DNA of 64,000 nt from a bacterium. GTDB lineage: Bacteria > Zhuqueibacterota > Zhuqueibacteria > Oceanimicrobiales > Oceanimicrobiaceae. The notes below the pieces were generated by a model that saw nothing but the letters and a program-made list of their open reading frames with translations, was not told the DNA's origin and ran no database searches. The position numbers and the translations under genes were made by a program. The stretch lies in assembly GCA_037446635.1 (NCBI GenBank), contig JBBIIG010000002.1:160001-224000 (forward strand), in the 5' to 3' direction. Of this stretch, positions 40,428 through 48,809 are shown one piece after another. The number at the start of each line of letters is the position of its first letter. Position 1 is the stretch's first letter.

Positions 40428-40557
40428 AGGATTGGATTAATGGAGTGTTGGAGCGATGGAGTACTGGAGTGCTGTCGAGACAAGACAAATTTGTCGAGAT
40501 CAGCTATCCAACAATCCATTAATCCATTAATCCATTACTCCAATACTCCATCGCTCC
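40428..40557. repeat. 8-nt periodic inverted repeat
   Basis: gattggattaatggagtgttggagcgatggagtactggagtg...atccattaatccattaatccattactccaatactccatcgctcc. Confidence 0.75.
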
Positions 40558-40575
40558 AAAAACCCGATAGTGTAG

Positions 40576-41799
40576 ATGACTTCAAACGTTAGATTTGTCC
40601 CCGTGTTGAGCCAATATAAAATCGCCTACATTTCCGACCAGCAGTTTCCCATCGCCAAAGCGGATTCTGAGCAAGTGATGAACACCGTCAGCGCGCTGGC
40701 CGCCGAGGGGGTGAGCATCCCGCTCATCATTCCAAAATCGTGGCGTAATTTAAACGTCGCCAAAGAGGAGCGGCTGCAAACGCTGCGGGATTTTTATCAT
40801 CTGAGCAACGGCTTTGACTTCCACGAATTGCTGCACCTGCCGCTGAGCAAACTGCGCTTGGAGAAGTATTCCCACGGCGTCATCGCGCCGCTGTGGGCCA
40901 AGCGCGCGGGCTACGAGATCATTTACACCCGCAACCCGCTGCCGGCATTCGTCTCGGTGAAATTGGGAATGAAAACAATTTATGAAACCTATCGCATTTA
41001 CGGCGGCCGCAACCAGGGACTGGGAAAGTGGCTGGCGAGGCAAACTCACGGCGACCAGCTGCTGGGCATCATCACCCACTCGCAGCCATCGAAAGATTCT
41101 TTATTGCAATTGGGGGCGCTGGAGGACAAGATCGCTGTCATTCACAACGGCTTTAACGACGCGCTCTATGCGGAACCGTTGACGAAAATCGAGGCGCGGC
41201 GAATTTTGAATTTAGACGAAACCCAAAACATCGCCTGTTTTTCCGGGCGACTGGATCGCGAGAAAGGCGTGGATGCCCTGGTGCAATTGGCTGCCAAAAC
41301 ACCGGAGGTCAATTTCTATTTCATCGGGAACGTTCAGAAGGATGCCGATGATTGGATCGAAAAAATGGCCGCCGAAAAAAATCTGCGCAACGTTCACCGC
41401 CTGCCGTGGATGAATTTGGGGAAGCTGCGCTACTACCTGTTCGCGGCCGATGTTTTACTAATCCCCCCCACCGCGGCGCCGCTGCTAAAATTTCGCAAAA
41501 CCGTTTTGCCCATCAAACTGTTTCAGTACCTGGCAGCGGGACGGGTGATCCTCGCGCCGGCGCTGCCGGACACTCAAGCGGTTTTGAATGAACGCAACGC
41601 CGTACTAGTGGCGCCGGACAATTTGGAGGCTGCCAGCGCCGGTTTGCGCCGAGTTTTTTCGGACCGCACCTGGTCCGATGCCCTGGCGCATCAGGCTCGG
41701 GAAGATTCCGAAAATTACAGCTGGAAACGCCGCGCGATGAAAATTATTTCTTTTATACACGCACGCCTGCAAGCCCCGCCCCCTACGAAATTTTATTGA
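40576..41799 (+). CDS. Glycosyltransferase family 4
   Basis: IHNGF, FSGRL..EKG, ADVLLIP, PIKLFQYLAAG. Confidence 0.88.
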   Translation: MTSNVRFVPVLSQYKIAYISDQQFPIAKADSEQVMNTVSALAAEGVSIPLIIPKSWRNLNVAKEERLQTLRDFYHLSNGFDFHELLHLPLSKLRLEKYSHGVIAPLWAKRAGYEIIYTRNPLPAFVSVKLGMKTIYETYRIYGGRNQGLGKWLARQTHGDQLLGIITHSQPSKDSLLQLGALEDKIAVIHNGFNDALYAEPLTKIEARRILNLDETQNIACFSGRLDREKGVDALVQLAAKTPEVNFYFIGNVQKDADDWIEKMAAEKNLRNVHRLPWMNLGKLRYYLFAADVLLIPPTAAPLLKFRKTVLPIKLFQYLAAGRVILAPALPDTQAVLNERNAVLVAPDNLEAASAGLRRVFSDRTWSDALAHQAREDSENYSWKRRAMKIISFIHARLQAPPPTKFY

Positions 41800-42940
41800 G
41801 CTTTTCGACTTCCTCAAAGTAGATGGCTTCTAATTCCGCCATTTGATTTTTAATATTGAAAGTTTGTTTAACTTTTTGTTGAGCCGCCCGGCCAAATTTC
41901 ACTCGTAGATCCGCATTGGTCGCAAGCTCTTTTATGGCCTGGGCTAACGCTGTAATATCCCGCTCCGCCGCCAGAAAGCCGGTTTTTTTATCTTCGACGA
42001 TATCTGGCAACCCACCATGATAGGTTCCTATCACCGGTACCCCACATGCCGCGGCTTCTTTGGCCACCATTAACCCGGAATCGCGATCTTGGGCGCGGGT
42101 CACGACGCTGGGGCACATCAAAATTGTGGCTTGAGTTTGAAGATGCTGACTAATTTGCTGATGAGACTGCCTTCCCCAAAAATGCACGTGATCCGCAACC
42201 CCTAATTTTTTAGAAAGCTGCTTTAGTTGCGTTTCTAACGGTCCTTCTCCGATAACGATGAGCTTCAAATCGGGGGAATTTAATTGCCGCCGCGCCGCCG
42301 CAAAAGCCTTGATGCCATAAGCAAATCCTTTTTTTTCTACCAGCCTGCCTATCATAAAAATGTTGATGGCTTCCGCTGTTTTTTCTCGATGGGACATTTG
42401 GAATTTTTCCAGATCGATGCCTAAATGATGGGTTTTGATTTTGTCCGCTGGACAACCTAAGTTTATTAAGCAATCCCTTAGATCATTTGAGGCAGTGAGA
42501 AATAAATTGGCATGACGAACCAACTTTTGAAACGATAGCGTGTAAAACCACCATTTCGGTTTAAAGCGCTGGCTGCCAAGTAAAATACCCACGTCGTTGC
42601 CGTGCAAACTAACAATTAGTGGAATGCTAAATTTTTTAGCGTAGGGGATGGCTAAAATGCCGCTTTGGCCAAAATGAGCGTGGATAATTTTGGGCTGGTG
42701 TTTAATAAATGCTCGCGTAACACTCGGACACTCAATTCCAGACGAAAACAAAAACCGCTCAAATCTACCAAACCCGCCAACAATATATGCTGGCTCAAAT
42801 GGAAACTGCTCTTGATTGAGTTGTTTTTTGGCAAAAACTATTGGCTGGAACAATTTATAATGAAGAAGGCTCTCGTATATAAAAGTCTCGGAATAGGGCA
42901 AGAAGATGTTGCGAAAAAGGGCTACTCTAGGTTTAGGCAT
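41783..42940 (-). CDS. Glycosyltransferase family 4 (WcaL-like)
   Basis: SETFI, IHAHFG, GRLVEKKG, EAAACGVPVI..HGG; more AT-rich than its neighbours. Confidence 0.9.
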   Translation of the reverse strand: MPKPRVALFRNIFLPYSETFIYESLLHYKLFQPIVFAKKQLNQEQFPFEPAYIVGGFGRFERFLFSSGIECPSVTRAFIKHQPKIIHAHFGQSGILAIPYAKKFSIPLIVSLHGNDVGILLGSQRFKPKWWFYTLSFQKLVRHANLFLTASNDLRDCLINLGCPADKIKTHHLGIDLEKFQMSHREKTAEAINIFMIGRLVEKKGFAYGIKAFAAARRQLNSPDLKLIVIGEGPLETQLKQLSKKLGVADHVHFWGRQSHQQISQHLQTQATILMCPSVVTRAQDRDSGLMVAKEAAACGVPVIGTYHGGLPDIVEDKKTGFLAAERDITALAQAIKELATNADLRVKFGRAAQQKVKQTFNIKNQMAELEAIYFEEVEKLNKIS

Positions 42941-42960
42941 TTCTCTCGTCGCTGATGACG

Positions 42961-44502
42961 TTATTTTGACGGGGCAGGGTGCAGGACTCGCAAAAAATAA
43001 GACCAATCCTCTTTTTTTACCACTCCTGATAAGCGAGAAAACAACCCATAACAGAGCATGTATGCCACAACCATCGCGGCCAAATTGATTTGGTCACCTA
43101 GATGCACCTGGAATTTTAACAACAACACCGGCAGCGCCGCCAACAGGGTGGTGGCCAACGTTTTTCCATAAAACTTAAATGGAAAAACTTGTGTCAGCGA
43201 CACGCTCAGCGTACTTTTTATTTTCACAAGTGAATATCCCCAGCTAAACAGATTTGCTATCAACGCAGCCAGAGGCGGGCCAGCAAAACCGAACCCGATC
43301 ACCAGTGGAATGCTTAATACTAAATTAATCACTAACAAATAGACGGCAGAATAAGAAATCACTTTGGTTTCGCCGATGGCTTTCAGCATTGAGCTGTAAG
43401 CTGCCACGCGCTGGAGTATAATCAAAGTATAAATCCGGAACGGCACGACTGCCGCCAGATAATTCTCCGAAAAAAACACCGCGATGAATTCCTCCGCCGC
43501 CACGATGAACAGCATTACCAGCGGCAGGACAATAATGGAAACTTTCTCGATGCTTTTGTTCCATAGCCGCAGTAGCTCGGACTTCTGCCCCTTCAAATGA
43601 TACGACACCATTTGCGGCATCATCACCGAGGCGACAGAGTAAGCAATAGCCGGCAGCAGCGGAATTTCCCACGAGCCCACCACGTACTCCGAATACACCG
43701 CCACCGGCAAAAACGCCGCCACCACGTATTTGTCGATTTGGCGATTGAGTCCCCACAGAATTTGCGAAATCCCCAACGGGATGGAATAGCGGAATTGCTC
43801 GCGCAGCATCCCTTTTGGCAGCGGCTCGAGGGGGCCGCGGAAATGCCGCAGAAACAAAAACGCGCTGAGCGCAAATCGCAGCACGCTGTAGCCCACGAGC
43901 GCCGCGACGATCACCGACAGCGGCTGCCCCAGCAGCGCCGGCACCACCGTCGCCGCAAATTGCAGCAGGCCCACCATCACATTAAACCACGCGGAGTCTT
44001 TGGCGCGGTGAATAGCCAGCAAAAGATTGGGCAAAACGTAGGTGGGCAGATCCAAAAATGCCATGAAGATGAAGGGAAAAAACAGGCCGTTGACGTCGAA
44101 GCCCCAAGCCGGCGCGAGAAAATTCATGGCAATCAAAATCACGGAAGCGCCGAGGCCGGTAAAAAGCAGGGCTTTGCCGGTGAGCAGCGCGAGGCTTTTG
44201 CGGGCCGCGGCCGGCACGCGTTCAAAAAAATAGAAGATGCTTTCGGGCAGCCCCAATTGCGCCAGCGTCACCACCGTGGTGTAGCCCAACAACAGAAATG
44301 ACAACAGGCCGAAATTTTCTTTGGAGAGTACGCGCGTGAGGATCATAATCGACAGCATCTGCGTGGCGATGGTCACTGCCCGGCTGAAGACGATGATGCC
44401 GGCTTTCTGCGACAGGCTGGTGCCATCGGACGGTGCGGGCATCTCGCGATCTGGTGCGTCTAATTCAGGTGATGGATTTGGTTCTATGGGTTGCGTTTTC
44501 AT
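42961..44502 (-). CDS. Polysaccharide flippase (Wzx/MOP family)
   Basis: LTRVLSKENFG, QLGLPES, YSIPL...IDKY, about 12-14 TM helices. Confidence 0.85.
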   Translation of the reverse strand: MKTQPIEPNPSPELDAPDREMPAPSDGTSLSQKAGIIVFSRAVTIATQMLSIMILTRVLSKENFGLLSFLLLGYTTVVTLAQLGLPESIFYFFERVPAAARKSLALLTGKALLFTGLGASVILIAMNFLAPAWGFDVNGLFFPFIFMAFLDLPTYVLPNLLLAIHRAKDSAWFNVMVGLLQFAATVVPALLGQPLSVIVAALVGYSVLRFALSAFLFLRHFRGPLEPLPKGMLREQFRYSIPLGISQILWGLNRQIDKYVVAAFLPVAVYSEYVVGSWEIPLLPAIAYSVASVMMPQMVSYHLKGQKSELLRLWNKSIEKVSIIVLPLVMLFIVAAEEFIAVFFSENYLAAVVPFRIYTLIILQRVAAYSSMLKAIGETKVISYSAVYLLVINLVLSIPLVIGFGFAGPPLAALIANLFSWGYSLVKIKSTLSVSLTQVFPFKFYGKTLATTLLAALPVLLLKFQVHLGDQINLAAMVVAYMLCYGLFSRLSGVVKKEDWSYFLRVLHPAPSK

Positions 44503-44512
44503 TTTAAGTAAA

Positions 44513-44785
44513 CCGTAGGGGCAATTCATGAATTGCCCCTACGGGTCGACAATTTGTATCTTTAGTAGGGGGCGATTCATGAATCGCCCTACGTCCCAAT
44601 TTTGCTATCTCGTGGGGGGATAATCATGAAATACCCCAGGCCCAGCTTGCTATCCCCGTAGGGGGTAATTCATGAATTACCCCCTACGCAATTTGTATTT
44701 TTGGCAGTGGCGATTTATGAATCGCCCTACTACGGCTAAACAGTTCGTAATTACGGTAGCGGTAATTCATGAATTACCCCTACCC
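44513..44785. repeat. REP array, six GTAG-type palindromes
   Basis: GTAGGGGCAATTCATGAATTGCCCCTAC and variants at about 44513, 44565, 44612, 44657, 44704 and 44756. Confidence 0.92.
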
Positions 44786-45335
44786 GTAACGATCAGGGTT
44801 CTCTTCATCCAATGCCCATTTGAGTGGATTGTTTTGAATATATTCACGTACCATTTTGAGATCATCTTCATTACGAATCACGTGTTCATAGTAATTGCGT
44901 TGCCAAACGGGTACACCGGGAGTTTTTCTCAGTTCGTTAATTGCTTTGGCAGATGTCATTTTAAATCTTCCAATTATTTTTGGAATTAACATCCTTCGCC
45001 GCGCAACAATATCAGTCGGTAGGGGCGATTCATGAATCGCCCCTACCGACCCAATTGTTTGCGATTCAATGATAAGGATAATTCCATGCAGATGATTAGG
45101 CATGATGCAGGCTTCATCTAAATTCACATCCTGAAAATGATTCGGAAGTTCAGACCAATATTTTTGAACGATTTCTCCAAACGGATTTAAATTCATTAGT
45201 TGGCCGACTATTTCTCCGAACATACATTCACGGTTGTGAGAGCAGATGGTAACAAAATAGGCTCCGGGAGAAGAATAATCGTACTCGCGTAAAACGAATA
45301 GAGCGGCGTCCAATTTTGTTTCGATTAAAATTCAT
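44780..45335 (-). mobile_element. REP-associated tyrosine transposase (RAYT, TnpA-Y1) with a +1 frameshift near the 5' end
   Basis: ATG at 45335 gives MNFNRNKIGRRSIR; an extra T (45291-45294) precedes LREYDYSSPGAYFVTIC; HUH motif MPNHLHGI; WQRNYYEHVIR; YIQNNP. Confidence 0.9.
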
Positions 45336-45343
45336 ATTGCCAA

Positions 45344-45428
45344 AAACCGTAGGGGCAATTCATGAATTGCCCCTACGGGTCGACAATTTGTATCTTTAGT
45401 AGGGGTAATTCATGAATTACCCCTACGG
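45344..45428. repeat. REP doublet upstream of RAYT; right copy of a 62-bp direct repeat
   Basis: 45344-45405 is identical to 44510-44571; the last REP contains the folA stop codon. Confidence 0.9.
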
Positions 45429-45925
45429 GTTCGCTGATAGCTTTCGAAAGCGTACCCTTCTTTTTCTTCTCTATTAATCAACTCAAACTTCTCATCAAGC
45501 AACGATCGATACTCCGGGAAAAACGCGTCGCCGTCGTAATCGCCTTTCACGATAGTCAATTCGAGACGATCGGCCAACAGCAGCGTTTCGCGATACAGGG
45601 ATTCGCCGCCGATGACGAACAGAACCGGCTCGTTGACAGCGGCGGTGAATGCCTGCTCAATTGAAGAATAAGTTTCGACTTCGGGAAACTCGGGCCAGGA
45701 TTTGCCGGTGGTGAGCACTAAGTTGCGGCGCTCGGGCAGCGGCTTGCCCAATCTTTCTAAAATCGATTCAAACGTTTTGCGCCCCATCAAAACCGCCTGG
45801 CCGAGAGTCAATTGCTTGAAACGCCGCAGGTCTTCGGAGATATGCCACGGCAGCCGGCCCGCTTTGCCAATCACGCGATTTTTTTCGGCTACTGCCGCAA
45901 TGATCACAATCTCGGGACGAGACAT
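45410..45925 (-). CDS. folA: Dihydrofolate reductase
   Basis: VIGKAGRLPWHISEDLRRFK, MGRKTFESI, PLPERRNLV, VIGG, GDAFFP; TGATG overlap with thyA. Confidence 0.96.
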   Translation of the reverse strand: MSRPEIVIIAAVAEKNRVIGKAGRLPWHISEDLRRFKQLTLGQAVLMGRKTFESILERLGKPLPERRNLVLTTGKSWPEFPEVETYSSIEQAFTAAVNEPVLFVIGGESLYRETLLLADRLELTIVKGDYDGDAFFPEYRSLLDEKFELINREEKEGYAFESYQRTRRGNS

Positions 45926-46782
45926 CACACCGCCACGTCGAATTTGATGGGTTCGTGGTGGCGATAGCCCACCAGCTCGAAATCTTCGAATCGCAGTTCA
46001 TCGATGGGCTTGTGGGCGATGCGCAATTGCGGCAGCGGCAGGGGGTCGCGCTTGAGCTGCTCTTTCAAGCCATCGATGTGATTGACGTAAATATGGGCAT
46101 CGATGAGAGTGTGCGCCAGTTCGCCAACTTTCAGCCCAACTTGCTGCGCGATGAGCTGAGTCAGCAGCGCGTAACACGCAAGATTGAAGGGCACGCCGAT
46201 GGCGAGATCGGCGCTGCGTTGGGTGAGGTGACAATTGAGCCGGCCGTCCTGGACATTCAGCACCCAGGTCATGTGGCACGGCGGCAGCTTGCTCACTGCT
46301 GCGTTGGCCGGATGCCACGCCGTGATCACGATGCGCCGAGAGTTGGGATTATTTCTCAGCTCGTCAATGGCCCAGCCGACTTGATCGAAGGTAAGCGAGC
46401 CGTCCGCCTCGCGGTGCACGTGCGGATGAGATTCGTCCACGAAAACTTCTGCGCCGAGCGCCGCGCTTTTGGCCGGCACCGGGAAGCGCCGCCAGTAGCG
46501 GCCGTACGCGGTTTCAAGGTTGCCGTGTTCGTCGGCCCAGGCGTCCCAGATTTTGGTGTGTTGCTGCAACTCGCGAATGTGATCGGCGCCGGAGAGATAC
46601 CACAGAACCTCCCACAGCATGGCGTTGAAGTTCACTTTTTTGGTGGTCAATAGCGGAAACCCTTCGGCGAGATCGACGCGATAAAACTCCGCGAAAGTGG
46701 CGATGGTATCGACGCCGGTGCGGTTGGATTTGCGGACGCCGCTCGTGAGAACTCGTTCAACCAAATCTAAATAAACGCGCAT
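45925..46782 (-). CDS. thyA: Thymidylate synthase
   Basis: NRTGV, FPLLTTK, PNSRR, LPPCH, TQRSAD...GVPFN, DAHIY.NH. Confidence 0.96.
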   Translation of the reverse strand: MRVYLDLVERVLTSGVRKSNRTGVDTIATFAEFYRVDLAEGFPLLTTKKVNFNAMLWEVLWYLSGADHIRELQQHTKIWDAWADEHGNLETAYGRYWRRFPVPAKSAALGAEVFVDESHPHVHREADGSLTFDQVGWAIDELRNNPNSRRIVITAWHPANAAVSKLPPCHMTWVLNVQDGRLNCHLTQRSADLAIGVPFNLACYALLTQLIAQQVGLKVGELAHTLIDAHIYVNHIDGLKEQLKRDPLPLPQLRIAHKPIDELRFEDFELVGYRHHEPIKFDVAV

Positions 46783-46886
46783 GATTTTCAACTTTGAATT
46801 TTTCGGCAAAAATATAGCCCGCCAATTTTTAACAAGCAATTGAAATGTGAAACGTGAGACGGTAGACGGCAGTAGTGACGATTAAT

Positions 46887-46919
46887 AAATGCCAGGCACT
46901 TTAAAAGTGCCTGGCATTT
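46887..46919. repeat. REP-like palindrome (GTGCCwGGCAC family)
   Basis: aaatgccaggcacttt-a-aaagtgcctggcattt. Confidence 0.8.
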
Positions 46920-47016
46920 CACTAGCATTTCACTTATCCCCTTACATGTCTGCCGAAAAATCTGTTGCTTAAAAAAACCCATTTGAATATTTTACCCGGC
47001 AAAACGAGGAAGGCAA

Positions 47017-48354
47017 ATGAAGGTTTTAAAATTCGGCGGCACGTCCATCGGTACGCCGGAAAGAATGCAATCCGTGGCGCAACTGGTGACGCGCGAGCCG
47101 GAGGTGCTGGTTGTGCTCTCCGCGCTTTCAAAAACCACCGACAAGCTGCTGAAAATTGGCGCGGCGTTGGCGGAGAAAAAAGTTGCCGAGGCGCAAACGC
47201 TTATCGATGAACTCTACAAACATTACCAGCAATATGTCGAGGGTTTGTATAAAACTCTGCAGGGGCGCAAACAGGGCTGGAAGGAGGTCGAGCGCCATTT
47301 TGATCTGATTCGCGGCATGCCACGCGAGGTCTTCGATGATCGCAAAGCGCGCGTGCTGGTGGCGCAGGGCGAGCTGATGTCCACCGCGATGTTCCATCAC
47401 TATTTGCAGGAACAGGGGATGCGCTCGGCGCTTTTGCCAGCGCTGGAGATGGTGCGGCTCGATGACAACGGCGAGCCGGATTTAAATTTTCTGCGTTCCA
47501 ACTTGCTGCGCATGATGCAAGAGCAGCAACCCGGCACGATCTTCGTCACGCAAGGATACATTTGCCGCAACGCCTGGGGCGAGATTGATAACCTCAAGCG
47601 CGGCGGCAGCGACTACTCGGCCTCGCTGATGGGCGCCGCGCTGCGCTGTGAAGAAATTCAGATCTGGACCGACATCGACGGCATGCACAACAACGATCCG
47701 CGTTACGTGAAAAACACCTATCCCATCCGCGAGCTGTCGTTTGACGAGGCGGCGGAGCTCGCGTACTTCGGCGCAAAAATTTTGCACCCTGCCAGCGTGC
47801 AGCCCGCGAAGATGTTCAATATTCCGGTGCGATTGCTAAACACGATGGAGCCGTCGGCGGAAGGCACTTTGATTGCCGACAAAACCGGCGCGGGTGACAT
47901 CAAAGCGGTGGCGGCGAAAGACGGCATCACCGCGATCAACATCAAATCGTCACGCATGTTTTTGGCGTACGGATTTCTGCGGCGGGTCTTTGAGGTGTTC
48001 GAACGCTACAAAACACCGATCGATATGATCACCACCTCCGAGGTGGCGGTTTCGCTCACTATCGACAATCCGCAGTATCTCAACGCGATCGTTTCCGAGC
48101 TCAAAGAATTTGGCGCGGTGGAAGTAGATACCCATCAGACCATCATTTGCGTGGTGGGAAAATTCGCCGCTGAAAATCACGGCATTGCCGCGCGGGTGTT
48201 TGCGACGCTAAAGGATTTCCCGATTCGGATGATTTCCTACGGTGGCAGCCCCAACAATATTTCTATTTTGATTCGCACCGATCTCAAGCCGCAAGTGTTG
48301 GCGGCGTTGAATGAGGGATTGTTTGGAGGGGAGTTGGAAAGAAAAAAATATTAA
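47017..48354 (+). CDS. lysC: Aspartate kinase
   Basis: VLKFGGTS, QGE, RGGSDYSA, WTDIDG, AELAYFGAKILHP, two ACT domains. Confidence 0.96.
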   Translation: MKVLKFGGTSIGTPERMQSVAQLVTREPEVLVVLSALSKTTDKLLKIGAALAEKKVAEAQTLIDELYKHYQQYVEGLYKTLQGRKQGWKEVERHFDLIRGMPREVFDDRKARVLVAQGELMSTAMFHHYLQEQGMRSALLPALEMVRLDDNGEPDLNFLRSNLLRMMQEQQPGTIFVTQGYICRNAWGEIDNLKRGGSDYSASLMGAALRCEEIQIWTDIDGMHNNDPRYVKNTYPIRELSFDEAAELAYFGAKILHPASVQPAKMFNIPVRLLNTMEPSAEGTLIADKTGAGDIKAVAAKDGITAINIKSSRMFLAYGFLRRVFEVFERYKTPIDMITTSEVAVSLTIDNPQYLNAIVSELKEFGAVEVDTHQTIICVVGKFAAENHGIAARVFATLKDFPIRMISYGGSPNNISILIRTDLKPQVLAALNEGLFGGELERKKY

Positions 48355-48432
48355 GTGAATCCTTTAGTTAGATCACAACAACTTTCTCTTAATTATTTCT
48401 TCGTAATTGCTCCTCTTTAAGGGGCACTCATA

Positions 48433-48739
48433 TCATTCTGCGATGAATTCCTTTAACAAGCTTTTATACTTAAGCCATTCTTCTGAAAAGTGTCATCTTC
48501 CATCAAGTCGTCATAGAGTGATTCTATTTCGTGTTTCAAATTTTCAATAGCTGAATCGGGATTATCGGAATAACCATAAAGAGGAAAATCAACAGTCTTA
48601 GAAATAACACCACCTTCATCACGATCCAATGTGATGAGAATAGGTTTTTTAGTTCTTTGTTGGGCAACGAGGTGATGTACAACGTCCGAGAACGCTGCAA
48701 CGTCACAGTATCTGAGGCATTTGAAGAGACTTCTGACAT
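48433..48739 (-). pseudogene. HicB-like small gene with two homopolymer frameshifts
   Basis: Joining three frames gives MSEVSS...ITSLPNKELK/KPILITLDRDEGGVISKTVDFPLYGYSDNPDSAIENLKHEIESLYDDLMEDDTF/xEEWLKYKSLLKEFIAE*; GGAAAGGAAG upstream. Confidence 0.55.
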
Positions 48740-48809
48740 GATGCTTCCTTTCCATAAATTTTGAACATCAAAGAATATTAAAAAATAACGAAAAATTAAA
48801 GAGTAATTT

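Noticed and set aside
44513..44785. Possible CRISPR array
   Set aside because: The units are degenerate self-complementary GTAG palindromes with short, partly similar spacers, next to a RAYT and with no cas genes. They are REPs.
44672..44989. 105-aa plus-strand ORF
   Set aside because: It starts inside a REP and is antisense to the RAYT.
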